The translations under genes and the position numbers were made by a program. From contig OZ287752.1 in NCBI GenBank assembly GCA_965649765.1, positions 53,196,001 to 53,260,000 on the forward strand: 64,000 nucleotides of DNA, written 5' to 3'. The DNA comes from Bispira polyomma (Eukaryota). Numbering within the stretch: position 1 is the first letter of the stretch; every line of letters begins with the position of its first letter. The notes below the pieces were generated by a model that searched no databases, was not told where the DNA came from, and worked only from the letters and a program-made list of their open reading frames with translations. Below are positions 39,701-51,850 of the stretch, piece after piece.

Positions 39701-42700
39701 TGGTGATAACAGATATAGGCTAAATTGGTTAATCATCCTTTGAAAATAACAAAAATCTTTGAAATATAAGTGTTTTCTAACAGAAATATAATAGTAAAAT
39801 TACCCGAGTGGTGTATATTAAAATATATTTGACAAATGAAGATAATACGAGCCTGGTAGGGTTGTTTTACATTTATCCATAAACTGATAATTATAATTAT
39901 TATGCTTTTTAGGTCAAAATAAAGCACAAATTCACGGCAATTTATGTAATACAAACTGACTCGTCACCTTAAAGAATTAGCTTCAAAAACATAATATTAA
40001 GGCACTAAAATCGAGTTTTGTGTGCAATAACATCACATAATGCTTATATTTTATACAAGTTTAAGTTTTAAACAGTTTAGAGATTTATTAGTTTACTATG
40101 ACCATATTAAAGCAACCCAAAAGTCTATATAGTTTTGTTTATGTTACAAAACCTGCCATTATGATGTCACAATGCAAAACTTATAGCCAAGAAGTACAGA
40201 GTTGTTGCCATAAATAATTAACTTCAAATGTGCATTTATAAAGCACTAAAAATTTAAGATGCTATTGTGTAGTTTAAGGTTGATATTTGTGTTACCCAAA
40301 CCTATTAGCAATTTTCTTTCTGAAATATTGCATAAAACTGAGAATAAAACCTTGTAATATGTGGTAAATACTGCAGTTTTATATACATATTCACAGGCGC
40401 TGGGTGATAGGGTCTGTTGTATTACACGGCCCGTGATCATCCACAAAAACGTCATAATGACGTCACAGTGAAAAATAAATAGTACAAACACATTGACAGC
40501 AAAAAAAGTGAACTATTATAATCTGACTCAGTTATAAACACCGAATCTACCTTTCAGCCAAGTTCATAAATTGTGGATAAGAACTAAAAGCTGTTGAAAG
40601 TCACAGTATATTTTCCATTTGTAGATCCTGCTCCACACAACGCCTCACATTTCATATACCCTGATGCCTTCTATAAAGTCACCCTGACTTGGGAGTATCT
40701 GCCCAGCTGTTACAAGGCCCAAACAGTGATCATCTTGTATACCACTACTTCTACCACTAATACAGAGACGGTGTCAGCAGAGGAAGTCACATTTGAAGTG
40801 GATAACGTCCTGCCAAACATGGAGTATGAGTTCCAGATGAAGATCCAGTATGAAGACGGCACACAGAGTCAAGTAGTCGTCATTTCTTTTACATCTCTGG
40901 ACTACCCAAACAAGAAGGAAACATCATCAGAGAATAGTGTGCCAGGTGGGCACTAGGGCATCATCCTAATATCAATTTGCTTTACAATACAAACTTTTCA
41001 TAATGTAGACTGTTACCCCATGAAAATAAGTTAAATCTGTTAGAATAGTAAAATGTAGACAATTTGTTTACAATAAATAATTAAATAATGTAACCCGTCA
41101 TTTGCTTTAAATTATATTAAATTCTGTCTAATGCAGAGGTTGCTGATGATACCACGATTGTGGATTACCCAAACAACAAGTAAACATCATCAGAGAATAG
41201 TGTGCCAGGTGGGCACTAGTGCATCATCCTAATGTTGATTTGCTTTTGCAGGCAAATTTAGTGCACAAATATACTGTTTGGAATTCTGGTATCAAACAAT
41301 ATAGTTACAATACAAACTTTTCACAATGTAGAGTGTTACCCCATGAAAATAAGTTAAATCTGTTAGAATAGTAAAATATAGACAATTTGTTTATAATAAA
41401 TATTTAAATAATGTGACCCGTCCTATACTCTATATTATATCAAATTTTGTCTAATGCAGAGGTTGCTGATGATACCACGATTGTGGATTACCCAAACAAC
41501 AAGGAAACATCATCAGAGAATAGTGTGCCAGGTGGGCACTAGTGCATCATCCTAATGTTGATTTGCTTTTGCAGGCAAATTTAGTGCACAAATATACTGT
41601 TTGGAATTCTGGTATCAAACAATATAGTTACAATACAAACTTTTCACAATGTAGAGTGTTACCCCATGAAAATAAGTTAAATCTGTTAGAATAGTAAAAT
41701 ATAGACAATTTGTTTATAATAAATATTTAAATAATGTGGCCGTATGCTTTAAATTGTGTTAAATTTTGTCAAATGCAGAGGTTGCTGAAGATACTAGTCA
41801 GTTCAGGTTTTTAGATTTATGTGAGAGAGATAGAAGTCATGTGTATATAGAATGTGATTGTAAATATAGTTTCTCATGTCCTTGATAAGGTTTCATTACA
41901 GTAAATATAAGTTATTTAAGTGTATTGTTACTAATTTGATCAGGTCATGTGATTTAAATCTGTTTTATTTTAAATATATGGTCATTTTAATTTCTGTTTA
42001 CCTTCATATAATTGTTTTTTAGTTTCACCTGCTGCAATAGCTGCTATTGCTGTGTCAACAGTTTTTATATTGTTTATTGCACTTGTATTGTTGATGCTGT
42101 TTTTGGGAATTCTTAATGTCAACAGAAACTTTTGTAATCGTAAGTAACATATATTCTTATTAATCACGAATGGTTCAGCTTCAACCACAAGTTGTGAGGT
42201 AAGAATGTTTTATTCCATACCTTTAAGTCTTAAATTCTAAGTTCTGACATTACACCAAATACTGTTCGAGATAAATATGATTATTTAATTGGCCAAAATT
42301 TTATTTTAGAGCTGACTAACTATATCATGGTTTTGATATATTCATGAAACATTTAGCTAAATAATACATACATATATATGTGTATCTCTTTGTCCCCTTC
42401 ATGTTTTATTCAACAGGAAAAAGACAGAATGAACAAAGGGATGAAAGGTAATAATTTAAATATGTTTGTTAATTTTCAAACTGAATTGTTTTTGTTTATT
42501 ATAAAGAGTTACTTTTGGTAACCATAAATTCAATAACTGTTGTACTGTGGTTATCTGTATTGTAGGACAAGTGAAGCGGTCTCTTTGGATAAAGGTAAAT
42601 ATTAAGATGATCAGTACAATCATAGGTTTAAACTATCCTTGACAATCACGCTCCATGGGATTCTAAAACCCTTTCTCCCACAAACCCCCATAAATGGACT

Positions 42701-45700
42701 AATGCCAGAGATGCCAAACGTTAGAAACGTTAACTTAAGCATCAATGGCGTCCCATCAAATCCTTGCTTGATAGAATACGGTATTGTAATGCCACAAATC
42801 ACTGACTTTCATTTTTAGCAGATAAATTTGGCTCATGTTTCATTGACAAAACAAGATACATTTGTGAGTTTTTATTATTTATTACAGGTCTCCAAATCGG
42901 GTTACAAGGTTTCTTCCACTGATTTTCTCATGAAGTCCTCTCCTATTATATCTTGTGAATTGCGTCCCATCCCATCCATTATTCTTAAGCAATGCCTGGA
43001 CATTCTAGTCACACCTAATTTCTCCTTTGCTAAAAAAGCCAGGGGTTGACAAAAACCAGATCAAAACTACAGAACAGTGTAAAATTTCCTTATATACAAA
43101 AAACCTTGTTGTCACATTCGTTTGACACTCATATTGCAAATTTCTGCCACTCCTTCTATTACCATATTCATAACATCAAAATAATCAGAAATCACTTGTC
43201 ATTCTTATCAATCACGAAGATTGCTATTACTGCAGCAAATGCCCTTGACTACTGCAATTCCCTTTGTTTAGAATAAACAAGCTGCAGTCTATTCAATACC
43301 ATCTATGCAGGGTGATTATTCGCCTGGGCACTAGCACCAATTCATTCAAGGCTGTAGTCCCTCAATGACCTACCTACCTCACTTCCCTTCTCGCTTTCAG
43401 TAATATGAAGAGAGGAAATAGACTTTCTGTTTCTACTGTTAAACCCACCAGGAAGACTGGATCCAGAGTTTTTTCCATTGCAGCCCCATTGTGATGGAAC
43501 AGTCAAACTCAGATTACTAGAAACAGTTTAGTAAAAATCTTAAAACCTATATTTTTAACCTTGCTTACCCACCTTAGTTCCGTCCAGTACATAATTGCTA
43601 TATGTACTTATGATATGTTGTATATTTGTACAGTTCTAATACTTGAAATGCATCCAATATAAGACATAATATGTTGTACAGGTCCTGGTGTAGCGTTTTC
43701 AAAACTTTTTTTGTTGTGCACTAGGTATCTTGAAACTTTTATAAATGCAAAATACATCAACAAGAATGTAATCTATGTACGAGTATTTATAAGACTACAA
43801 AAATCCCTATTTGCAATTTATTCATACTGTATTTAAAAAAAATACTCCCAGAACCTTAAATTTAAGCAACTGTAACAGTTATCACAAGTAAGAAAAAAAG
43901 GTATACTTATTATAGATGACCTTGTGCGAAATAACATCACATACTTCTCATTGTGATACATATTATGTCATTTGGGATCCTACTATTTACACAAATAAAG
44001 AGCATCCTTCATGAATTAAAAAGTATATGATATGGAACGATTATAATGGTATATGAAGTAAATATACATACACACAAAACCTTCCTGTTTGGCTCCAATA
44101 TCTTCACTATTATCAACTAATAAATCCACAACATCCTCATCATTATCAACTATACCTTCTGCCTCCTCAATTGCTACTTCATCTGAGTCACTTGGATCCA
44201 CTCTTAATGTTATCACAAGAGAAAGGTTATCCCTTTTCCTGCACTGTACTTCAATAACAGATCCATCCTCTGATAATATTTCATCATCAGATGCATCGGG
44301 ATCAGACCCAGTAACAACCAACTTCTTCACCGTAGCCTTTCTTGAGTTGCTTGGCACACGAGGCTGTGACTTGGTCAATAGCAATGCAGAAATGGGAAGC
44401 AAAAGATTCCTATGTAATGTTTTCACCTTCCCCCTACCAACCTCAGGTTTTACCTTGCACACTGGTATGTCCGGACAAGGTGGGTCAATCACCGCATACA
44501 TTTCACTACTCCATTTATCAGCCAATTTCTGCATACCTTTCAACCCCACTCACCTAACCAGAACCCTATCACCTCCAGCACTTTGGACTCACCAATCGTA
44601 TCATTTTTTTCTGAATACTTTGACTAGACCTAGACCTCGCTCAGCTTACTGATGTAATTGGTTGATTCATAATCGCTCTCATACCTTCCTAAAAAAGCGT
44701 TCACAGCAAGTCAAGGATGACATCCTAACATGAGATAATAAGGTAAGAAACCTATGGTGTTATGCTTGGTACAGTTATATGCATTTACTGAGTAACAGAT
44801 ATGACTTTTCCAGTCAATCTTCTGCTTAGGCTCCAAAGTACCTAACATATTAAGAGTTGAGTTGAACTGTTGTGCAATCCCATTTCCCATGGGGTGATAT
44901 GGATTGGTTCAACAATTGGTTATCAATACCAGACACCTTACACTTATATACTTTTTATATACAGTTTGTCAAAATGTCAGGGATTTTTTTTTTTTTTTTG
45001 GGGGGGAAGTATTTGTATTTTTTTAATTTCTTAACTGTATTGTAAGAGTGTGTTTTTGTGTATTGTGCTAATGTATATGTCATGAATAACAATAAAGAAA
45101 AAGAAAAAAACATGCCATAATAAATCTATGCATATACCTGAAACTAAAAAATGTGAGTATAAAACAGTCAAACATGAGGAACCAAGCATCAATTACATAA
45201 ATACACCAATGTAAAATACATCCACCAAAATACACAAATATTTACCAATGTAAACTAAATAACTGTAAACTACAACTTCCTTAAATTCCAACAACATACA
45301 TCTCCAGTGAAAGTATGTGCCTAAAACAATGATATAGATCAAAAACGCTATTTACTATGGAAGTACGTTGCTTCACAAAAAAATTTCTAAATTTTGTAAC
45401 CGTATAATTCTTAAATTTTACTCATACGCAGCCGTTTGAATAAAATGTAAATGATGCATGGTCACATAGGTTTACTATGCCAGTTGTTTAAATACTTACA
45501 AAAGTGAATTTGCCTTAACCTTCAATGTGGTTTTAATAGTTAGATTTTTTTATTTTAATAGACAATTGCTTTGTTTTATGTAAAATATTGCAGGCATTAT
45601 ATAGTTAGTTTGTGTATACACAGTGAATTGACTATATATATATATTGTTTGTTGATCAGATTTTAGTGAAATGGCACAGAGTCATAGTGAAGACCACACA

Positions 45701-45808
45701 TATGAGAAGCCCCATCCCCAGCATTATGAAAATACCGGATTTCAGCAGTATGAAACACTAGATAAGTTGGCGGGTCCCTCAACGGACTACATTGAACTAC
45801 ATGCATAA
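9647..45808 (+). CDS. Multi-exon type I membrane receptor: SP - EMI/CCxGY-like - 2 EGF - uncharacterised beta modules - FN3 - TM - Tyr-motif/ITAM-like tail (~984 aa; one in-frame TGA at 28714)
   Basis: GT-AG exons with matching phases: 9647-9729, 28647-28790, 29408-29514, 30033-30125, 30378-30479, 31098-31361, 32098-32462, 33169-33355, 34191-34389, 34614-34899, 35459-35571, 36432-36555, 38934-39119, 39341-39377, 40625-40945, (41460-41531), 41779-41796, 42023-42139, 42417-42447, 42566-42594, 45660-45808. Exon 1 and the micro-exons are least certain. Confidence 0.8.
11870..12060 (-). ncRNA. Candidate structured RNA in E2 A2-B2 spacer
   Basis: Sense stem ggattctgtc/gacagaacc, then gctaggcgattaggtgccataggtt; homologous to the E1 and E3 spacers. 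Confidence 0.55.
15842..16033 (-). ncRNA. Candidate ~190-nt rod-like RNA in E3 A2-B2 spacer
   Basis: Nested sense-strand stems: aatcatgcaa/ttgcatgatt, tcagac/gtttgg, ggattcga/tcgagtcc, ttggaacc/ggttccga, agtggt/gccatt, caatcctttcc/gggaaggattg, ccata/tgtgg; many G-U pairs. Confidence 0.7.
16494..17443 (-). pseudogene. E3 tyrosine recombinase (frameshifted)
   Basis: FAFFGFLRISS, LKWSKTNQ, CPVRA, HSFHCFRRSGAS, HGCWKSDAIWTYL catalytic boxes. Confidence 0.92.
17450..20420 (-). pseudogene. E3 pol: long N-terminal extension, reverse transcriptase, RNase H
   Basis: FHCSPLLTVP, HLILNLSYP, KVDVSHAFRNLRVDP; active site mutated to NCIDD; RNase H QVDACLQGIG..SDNIAVV..HIAGKNNILADTLSR. Confidence 0.92.
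20424..21502 (-). pseudogene. E3 gag-like ORF with C-terminal Cys/His zinc finger
   Basis: Coiled-coil start, WPNEG..FDDLTVAQF core, CSHYQRNQC..H..HICANC..HPEMKC; homologous in all sister elements. Confidence 0.85.
23503..23695. mobile_element. Short MITE-like inverted-repeat element
   Basis: 13-bp perfect inverted repeat ggctaaggccacc/ggtggccttagcc with internal aaggt..cctt subrepeats. Confidence 0.5.
23900..26830 (-). mobile_element. E8: heavily deleted DIRS-order element (gag, pre-RT, YR), split by a Penelope-like insertion
   Basis: Gag (NESGNFKSQRG..PQNHIL), pre-RT KFRFIPLS, YR NYLAAIKSKL (25273-25512) continuing as LYKAAYLLAFFSFLCISNLVP (23920-24044). Confidence 0.75.
24061..25264 (+). 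mobile_element. Penelope-like element relic (RT deleted; GIY-YIG C-terminus) with 16-bp TSD
   Basis: IGETKR..PVSRHF..HS..RRKRQELYLIWAFPTTYPAGIN matches the Penelope GIY-YIG pattern; flanked by tataaacattataaac at 24045-24060 and 25265-25280. Confidence 0.75.
27493..28140 (+). mobile_element. 5'-truncated L2/CR1-group LINE 3' end
   Basis: SRLDYCNSL..HITPVLKSLHWLPI..WNSLP..FRSKLKAYLF; 3' UTR gcgcctta..taagcgctataaa and a (tagat)n tail. Confidence 0.9.
28647..29514 (+). CDS. Receptor exons 2-3: EMI/Nimrod-like domain with aromatic insert
   Basis: DFCNEEYEVTVRTITYSYVWRN*WYYRPCQYYYYWWYFHYYWRYWHCRYLYSCRRWRAHYSYRTETRTRKVCCEGYKGTRCDI; CCxGY motif directly before the EGF repeats. Confidence 0.8.
30033..30479 (+). 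CDS. Receptor exons 4-5: two phase 1-1 EGF-like repeats
   Basis: PICTECKNNGVCTAPDVCFCPAGTTGSNCE and CGADNDCYPGNCDTSSNQCICASGFTGPNCE. Confidence 0.9.
31440..31595 (-). mobile_element. tRNA-derived SINE fragment (related copy at ~32900-33085, minus)
   Basis: Minus strand tggagtagtgg (A box) and ggttcgactcc (B box); second copy has gttcgactc and a shared ctggtga motif. Confidence 0.55.
33420..34060 (+). mobile_element. Decayed L2/CR1-group LINE RT fragment in intron
   Basis: FDTIED.LLL..LKQWL..VLDW.SSYL; similar at DNA level to 56730-56830. Confidence 0.7.
35090..35300 (+). mobile_element. tRNA-derived SINE
   Basis: tggtgtaatgg A box, ggttctaatc B box, gcctcccacc head and tgttgaa..g.cat tail shared with 57610-57825. 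Confidence 0.6.
37222..38024. mobile_element. Non-autonomous DNA transposon (MITE; possibly Kolobok-like, TTAA at right end)
   Basis: ~25-bp TIR ggggctgtgaaagtaaacacataaa versus tttatgggtttacgttcatagcccc; no ORF. Confidence 0.7.
40625..40945 (+). CDS. Receptor exon: fibronectin type III domain
   Basis: PAPHN..VTLTWEYLP..FEVDNVLPNMEYEFQMKIQY..S..ISFTS pattern; phase 1-1 exon. Confidence 0.85.
40898..41796 (+). repeat. Three tandem copies (~260-323 bp) of an exon end, intron and micro-exon in the receptor stalk
   Basis: tggaYtacccaaacaa...gtgccaggtgggcactag...aatgcagaggttgctga repeated at 40898, 41161 and 41484. Confidence 0.92.
42023..42139 (+). CDS. Receptor exon: transmembrane helix
   Basis: SPAAIAAIAVSTVFILFIALVLLMLFLGILNVNRNFCN, followed by basic RKR in the next exon. 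Confidence 0.85.
42630..43577 (+). mobile_element. Decayed, internally deleted L2/CR1-group LINE
   Basis: LDNHAP, SCELRPIPSIILKQCLD, ALDYCNSL, KNLKTYIFNLAYPP*. Confidence 0.8.
44090..44935 (-). mobile_element. Ty3/Gypsy LTR retrotransposon integrase C-terminal relic
   Basis: YHPMGNG..QFNSTL.MLGTL..W..NAYNCTKH..PYYLMLG and GDRVLVR..KLADKW..HRNLLLP. Confidence 0.85.
45660..45808 (+). CDS. Receptor last exon: cytoplasmic tyrosine motifs
   Basis: DFSEMAQSHSEDHTYEKPHPQHYENTGFQQYETLDKLAGPSTDYIELHA*; phase matches the upstream micro-exons. Confidence 0.75.
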
Positions 45809-48149
45809 CAGTGTATAAATGAAACCTATATTCAGTGTATCAATTTTATAACATCTTCAAAATGTATATTTAAGTATAGTAAGACATCTATATTCCAGTA
45901 GAGCAAGACATTCTTAATTAATGGATAATATTACCAGGAAAATGATCTAGCATTATAAACATTTAGAAGAGTTTTATTCTTGTATTAATGTAAGTATTAA
46001 TTATTTGATTGAGGAATGACAATTTTTCATGAATATCTATAGATTTGGCTTGTAGTTGGAATGCAATAATCTACACACATCTTTAGCTATGCTGATCATT
46101 GATTCTCTGTAAATTAAGGTTAAGGTTTGCAATAATTATATTGATATATGTATATAGAAATGTAGAGCTAGCTAATGCACTATGTTTATATGATTTAGCC
46201 ATTGGTTTTAAAATGTCAGACAATTGAAATATAATACTTCAATAGAAAACTGTTAATTTATTTTTATTCGATATCACAGATCCTTTTTAAGAAAACAGTG
46301 CATCAACTACTTATTAAAGTCTTTGTTGATTTGCTACACATAATTTATGATATAACCATCAGTTCTTGACCCGCCCGTTTGTAACGTCCAATCTTGCCTG
46401 AGCAAGGTCATGTCTATCCTTGAGGTTGTATTCGGCCAACACGGACATCACAGAAAGACTAGATAGAGTGGAATTGCATTCATGTAATCCCACTAGGATC
46501 ACCATCAGGAACCATATTGGAACAGTGGCAGATGGCTGAATTTGCATTACCTCCCCCTTTAATTGGCCCTTCACACTATTCCTTTTGCGCCCCCGTTGTC
46601 TAGCCGTTATGCAACAGGGGTCCATCGTCACTGTCTGCGTAATAACGTATCATAAAGGATAATTCTGTAACACTTCAGGAAGTGACCAGAAAGCTGTGCC
46701 GTTCTTGAAAAAATGTAAACGGTTTACAACAGATCTGCTCTTCTTCTCGTCGAAGTTGGACAGTGTCTGCCTTGGCTTGCTTTTGGAAGTACAAAGCTTA
46801 TCTAAAGCCTATCCTGAACAAACTGGGCCCATACATTACCCCAAAATATTTCCGAATACAACTTTGCGTGTCTATTTGTAACTTTTCTTCATTTATTTTA
46901 TCAGACACATTTCATGTACTATTGTCTGTCAGTGGGATTTTGTTTTGGATTTTATTGGTATGATTTTTTTAAATGGATTAAATATGTCAACTACAAATCT
47001 CACCTTTTGCACCAAATGGCCCAAGTATCAGTTGTTTTTTAATTGAAATCCAAATATATCAGGGCATTGTTTGGAGACAAAATGCAGTTAGATGTCAGGG
47101 CAATGGACTACATATATATATTTTACTTTACATAATCGAAAATACACCAATATTATGAAATAAAATTTTGATTAACCATACAGCCAGTTACGTGCGGCCC
47201 GTTGTTAAATCGATTGTAAGTCTTTGTGCTCTGGTATCCCTTCTTCGCTAAACAGTCACATTTTGATCACAATAGGAAGCCATAACGTTGGTGCTTCGTT
47301 GACGTTAGAATTCATCTGATACAAATACTTTTCTGTCACGAGAAATCTGTAGCCACTTCGGTGACGCGACATGGCATCCTGAGCCACCATTTCCCTCACC
47401 CCTCCACCCAAGTGATATCTGCACCAGGGAAGACTGGAGAATGAGGCGTTGGAGTAAGTGACATGATGGCCAAATGGATACTACCCAAGATGACCTTTTT
47501 GGAGAAACACGTGTATCCAAATGTATTGATTACTATTCAGTGACAAACTCAACACACCAAACCCACACTAAACCGAATAGGAAGAGGAAGACAACACGTC
47601 CTTCGACAGGGTTGTAAGACCCAGCGATTATTGACTAATTGTCAAAATAGGCTCTTTTAAGAGTCACCCAAATCATCCAAAAACATTCATGAGCTTGCTT
47701 TGTTCCCAAAAACCCACACACACCACACCACTTGAAACATAAATATATATAGGTGTCCCTGAAAAAAATACTAACATCGGTACAAAAAAGCCATACAATG
47801 ATACACAAACCCCAACCAAAATAGGGCAAAAGTAAAAGAAAGTCCCACATGTTTTTTCGTTGAAGTAAACCCCAAAAATAATATTTCACAAATATTAGTA
47901 TTTGAACCCAGCACCTTGCAGTTAAAAGTCGCAGTAATCAAGCAACAATGTCAAATAAAGAGGTCCTGTGTTGGTTCACAGCCCTTTTTGGTAAAAAGTA
48001 AAAATACAGTAAAAATACTATTCGTATAAGTATTCGTTTGGTATACAGATCACTAACGAATTGGCAACAGCATGAAAAGGGGGACATCAGAACAGAAACG
48101 TATAAGACGTGAAAAAAGGACAGAAATTGGAGACTTTCTCACAGCGCAG

Positions 48150-51100
48150 AGGTTTTTTTTTTATTTAGGGTCAAACAAGACCGAGCAACAGGGTAAAGCG
48201 AAGCGGATCCAGTGTAAAGGGAAAGTGTAAAGGCCCCATACCCATACCCATATGGGACCATACCCGCCATCCCATATACACGCACCACAGGAACCAAAGT
48301 CAACCTTAACTGACCTCACACGACTAGTACCAGAGGGATGGCATTATATCCAAAGTAGACATCTTAAACTCACGTCCCGAGTGACAGTGGTGTTTAATCA
48401 GCAAATAGCTTCAATGCATACTTAAAAAGCAAACTTACCCAAGGTAGGCCACTCCTACAACAAACGTTGGGTTGCTATAACACAACAAACATTGCTAATG
48501 TGGATCCACAACTCAGATGGCCCAATGAGGCGTATCTGGTTGTAAATTACTCACATTTGACAATATGTCACTACCACAATAGGCAGTCTGGTAGTTATTC
48601 ATCATTGCACAAGTGCAAGATCAGACATTGCTCAAGCTAATTACTAAGCTGATGCTAAATCAGGCGATTCACTCACTGGGGGCCTTCTTCTTTACCATGG
48701 CTATCAGTTAGAGCTGCTTTGACAGCAAACATTCAGGAGGTGGAGGAGGGGTAGCTTCACTAAAGCGATGCAACGCAATGGACGTTGAAGAACATAAACG
48801 TTTCTCAGCTAACGCTAATAGCCAACAGGCTTGGCCGACTCATAAAGTCAAACCAGTGTGTAGGTAAGATAACCTAGGCAAATGCCACCAGGAGATCACA
48901 GGTAATATCAACACTTTTTCTCTTATTGTCATAGAGTTCTCAATAATGATGTATCTCATCTGGCGGTCTAATGCGAAAGAAGTAATTCATCAAAGCAGCA
49001 GAATCAGAGTGTACAAATTATGTAGTGATAATCCAGATCAGTTTAAATGTAACAACATAATAACCAGTGAAAGTCTGAATAACGATATATGTTCCCTGAA
49101 CGATTTTTTCCAGAACACTTCTGTAAATTCTATAAACAAACATGTCATACATGAGGACATTATTTATTGTAATGTATTGGTGCATAATGATAACCAATTG
49201 CATAAGGAATATTGCAGAAATGTTGAAACGGTAAATAATGTATAGAATGTAGACAATTACCATTATGCTAACAATGATAATGTTACAACAAATAATAGTT
49301 TAAACTATACAGCTACAATGTCTGTATGCAACATGTAATGTGAAGACAGCTACGGAACTTGAAAACATTGTGTATTTTAATGTGCATGACTTTCCATGGG
49401 CTTCTGGTTTCTGTTACCAAGGATATGACTGTATTAATGGCACTTATTGGTTTGGTCCATGTACTCAAATATCTAATAAATTTTGCAAATTATTTATGTC
49501 ACAGAAGGGGCTATTATAATAGACCCTACTTAGTGAGCCTATAACCAATATATTGTAACCCCAAAACAACACGCCAATTCAGTCTATTATTACTATAGCA
49601 GAGTGCAGTGATACCCATAGCGGTGATTATACAGAGTATATCGAAAATATTTATTGATAAAATGATCAAAGTGAGAAAGTGATATTCATGAGGTCAGTCA
49701 TAATGAACACCATATCCAACACTAATGTCAAAGTTTGTAATGCTAATGTCAATATTCCACCCGTCCGTTCTTAATAACAGGGCACCGGGTGGGTGGGCGA
49801 CCACAATGGTCACCTTGATACTACAAACTATACAAGTATTACTGAGAATTACACAAGTTGAACCACTTTTACCAAAAATAAGGCTGTAGATATTCATGAC
49901 AAGTCAAAAGAAATAGGCTTTATTAAGCTCTCAGATGTCAACTATAAGTAAATTGGTACAGATAGGGAACCTGTAGCTATCACTAATGTCAGGGACATAC
50001 TACAAATAGCACAAACAATTAGAAAGACAGGATCAATTATAGATCTGCTAGAGAACCAATAAGTTATGGCCTCAATGTTAAGGCTTGGAAAGACATTCTT
50101 AAGGACCACCATGATAAACTAATACATAAAATAAAAACTACTACATAACATTAAGGCCACTAACCATAACTCTACCATGCAATACCCCAAATAGGTGTTA
50201 AACTATCTTGAAAAGGAAAAGTATCAGGGTGCCATATTGGGACCAGTTAGCAACATATACTTCCATGCCGCCCCCTGTTAACAAAGCCTAAGGACAGCAA
50301 TAAGAGTAGGATTATTTTAGACCTGTCATTCCCACACGACTAACTGTTAACAGTTGAACTGTTAAGATTCCCTACTAAAGAGCACATTATGGAAGAAAGT
50401 AAGATAACTATGCCTTCATCTGTACTAAAGATAAGGCAAATAAGGCCTATGCCTTCCTTCATGACTAAGTTCTGAAAGATGGCCTCTTCGTAAATGACGA
50501 CAAATCAGTTTCATCAGCCAATACTACTACATTCTTAGGTATAGACATAAATATTAAAGATGGCACAATCAGTATTATTCACAAAATACCAATCCAGTTC
50601 AAGAATACTCATATACATCCAAAAGTGTGTAAAGCCGGCCAGAATCTTCAACAATAGGCTTTGACCTGTCTTTAGAGACAATCCTCATGCCAAAAGATTT
50701 TAAATCACAAACAACATCAGGCAGGATTTATCCTGGTTCAACTCCTTTCTTCCGCGTCACAATAGCATTACCTACATATCTCCTAAGGACATTGATCACA
50801 TGCAAGAATTTCACCTGTATGCTTGCATTGACAGGTTTTGGCGTCATTTGGAATGATGAAGTGTATGACACTCCCATATACAACAGTTATAACTACAAAT
50901 TAGCCATTAGACAACTGGAAATGCTAAATATTATTAGAGCGTTATGGGGTAAGGACTGGGCCCACCAGAGAGTCAATGTTGTGTGACAATCTGGCCGTGG
51001 TGTTACTTGTTGACACTGGTAAAACAAGAGATCCTTTCCTTGCAACTTGAATAATGAATATATTTCTACTCATTTCCACATTAGACATTACTTTATGTTT

Positions 51101-51850
51101 TAAGCACATTAGGATAAAGCTAAACATTAAGGCAGACACGTTATCACACATATCACACGTATACATTCTGGTAACCCACCTAATGCATCTTTAAAGTCTT
51201 GAGTAAATAGCACTAGAGAAATGTTCCTACAATATCTATAACTGTAAGATAGCATTGCACAATTAGAAATCCTGAATATTATCATAGCTGTAAGGCTTGG
51301 GGACAAAGACTGGGCCCACCAGCGAGTCACAGTGAGGTATGACAATTTAGCCGTGGTGTTAGTTGTTGACACAGGCAAAACTAAGGATAATTTTCTAGCT
51401 ACATGCATCAAGAATATATGGTTACTAACAACTTTTGATATTACTTTTGATATTACTTTGCACATAGAGTACATTAGGGGCAAACATATATATTCCTGTA
51501 AACCATCTACTGGCCAAATAATGAAAGAACGGACCCAATGTTGTTGTTAGAACATACCATTTGATTTTTTTTCAACAAAAACAATACTATTTAATTGTAG
51601 GTTTCCCCCTCATCCACCATACACCTAGGTAGACATTTTTGTCATTTCTACATTATTCAGGCTTGCAGCAGGTCACAGTTTCCTCAGTGTCAACATTTCT
51701 AGAGTACCTAGCTCAAAACAACATTTCACCTGGAGTAGAAAATAACTACATGGCTGCACTAAAATTCATGTTTGTCAAATACAACTTAGACCTACAACCA
51801 CTCACACATAGCTCCATCTCACTGGTCTGTCGTAGTCTTGTAATATTTCT
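48150..51850 (+). mobile_element. E5: heavily decayed DIRS-order element with a duplicated RNase H segment
   Basis: Gag DPQLRWPNE..LPWLSVRAA..QEVEEG; pre-RT IGTDREP; RNase H copies ~50880-51140 and ~51230-51490; YR start FLEYLAQNNISP..NNYMAALKF. Confidence 0.82.

Noticed and set aside
42179-42198. Extra micro-exon after the TM exon
   Set aside because: Would need a 39-nt intron and would shift the frame away from the tyrosine-motif exon.
44089-44652. 187-aa Ser/Thr-rich + strand ORF
   Set aside because: Antisense shadow of the Gypsy integrase tail.
45809-46260. SECIS element for the TGA at 28714
   Set aside because: The ATGA..AA..GA candidates lack a proper helix II by eye; needs SECISearch to exclude.
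46340-47600. GC-richer segments resembling decayed coding sequence
   Set aside because: Only short ORFs with no recognisable motif; left unassigned.
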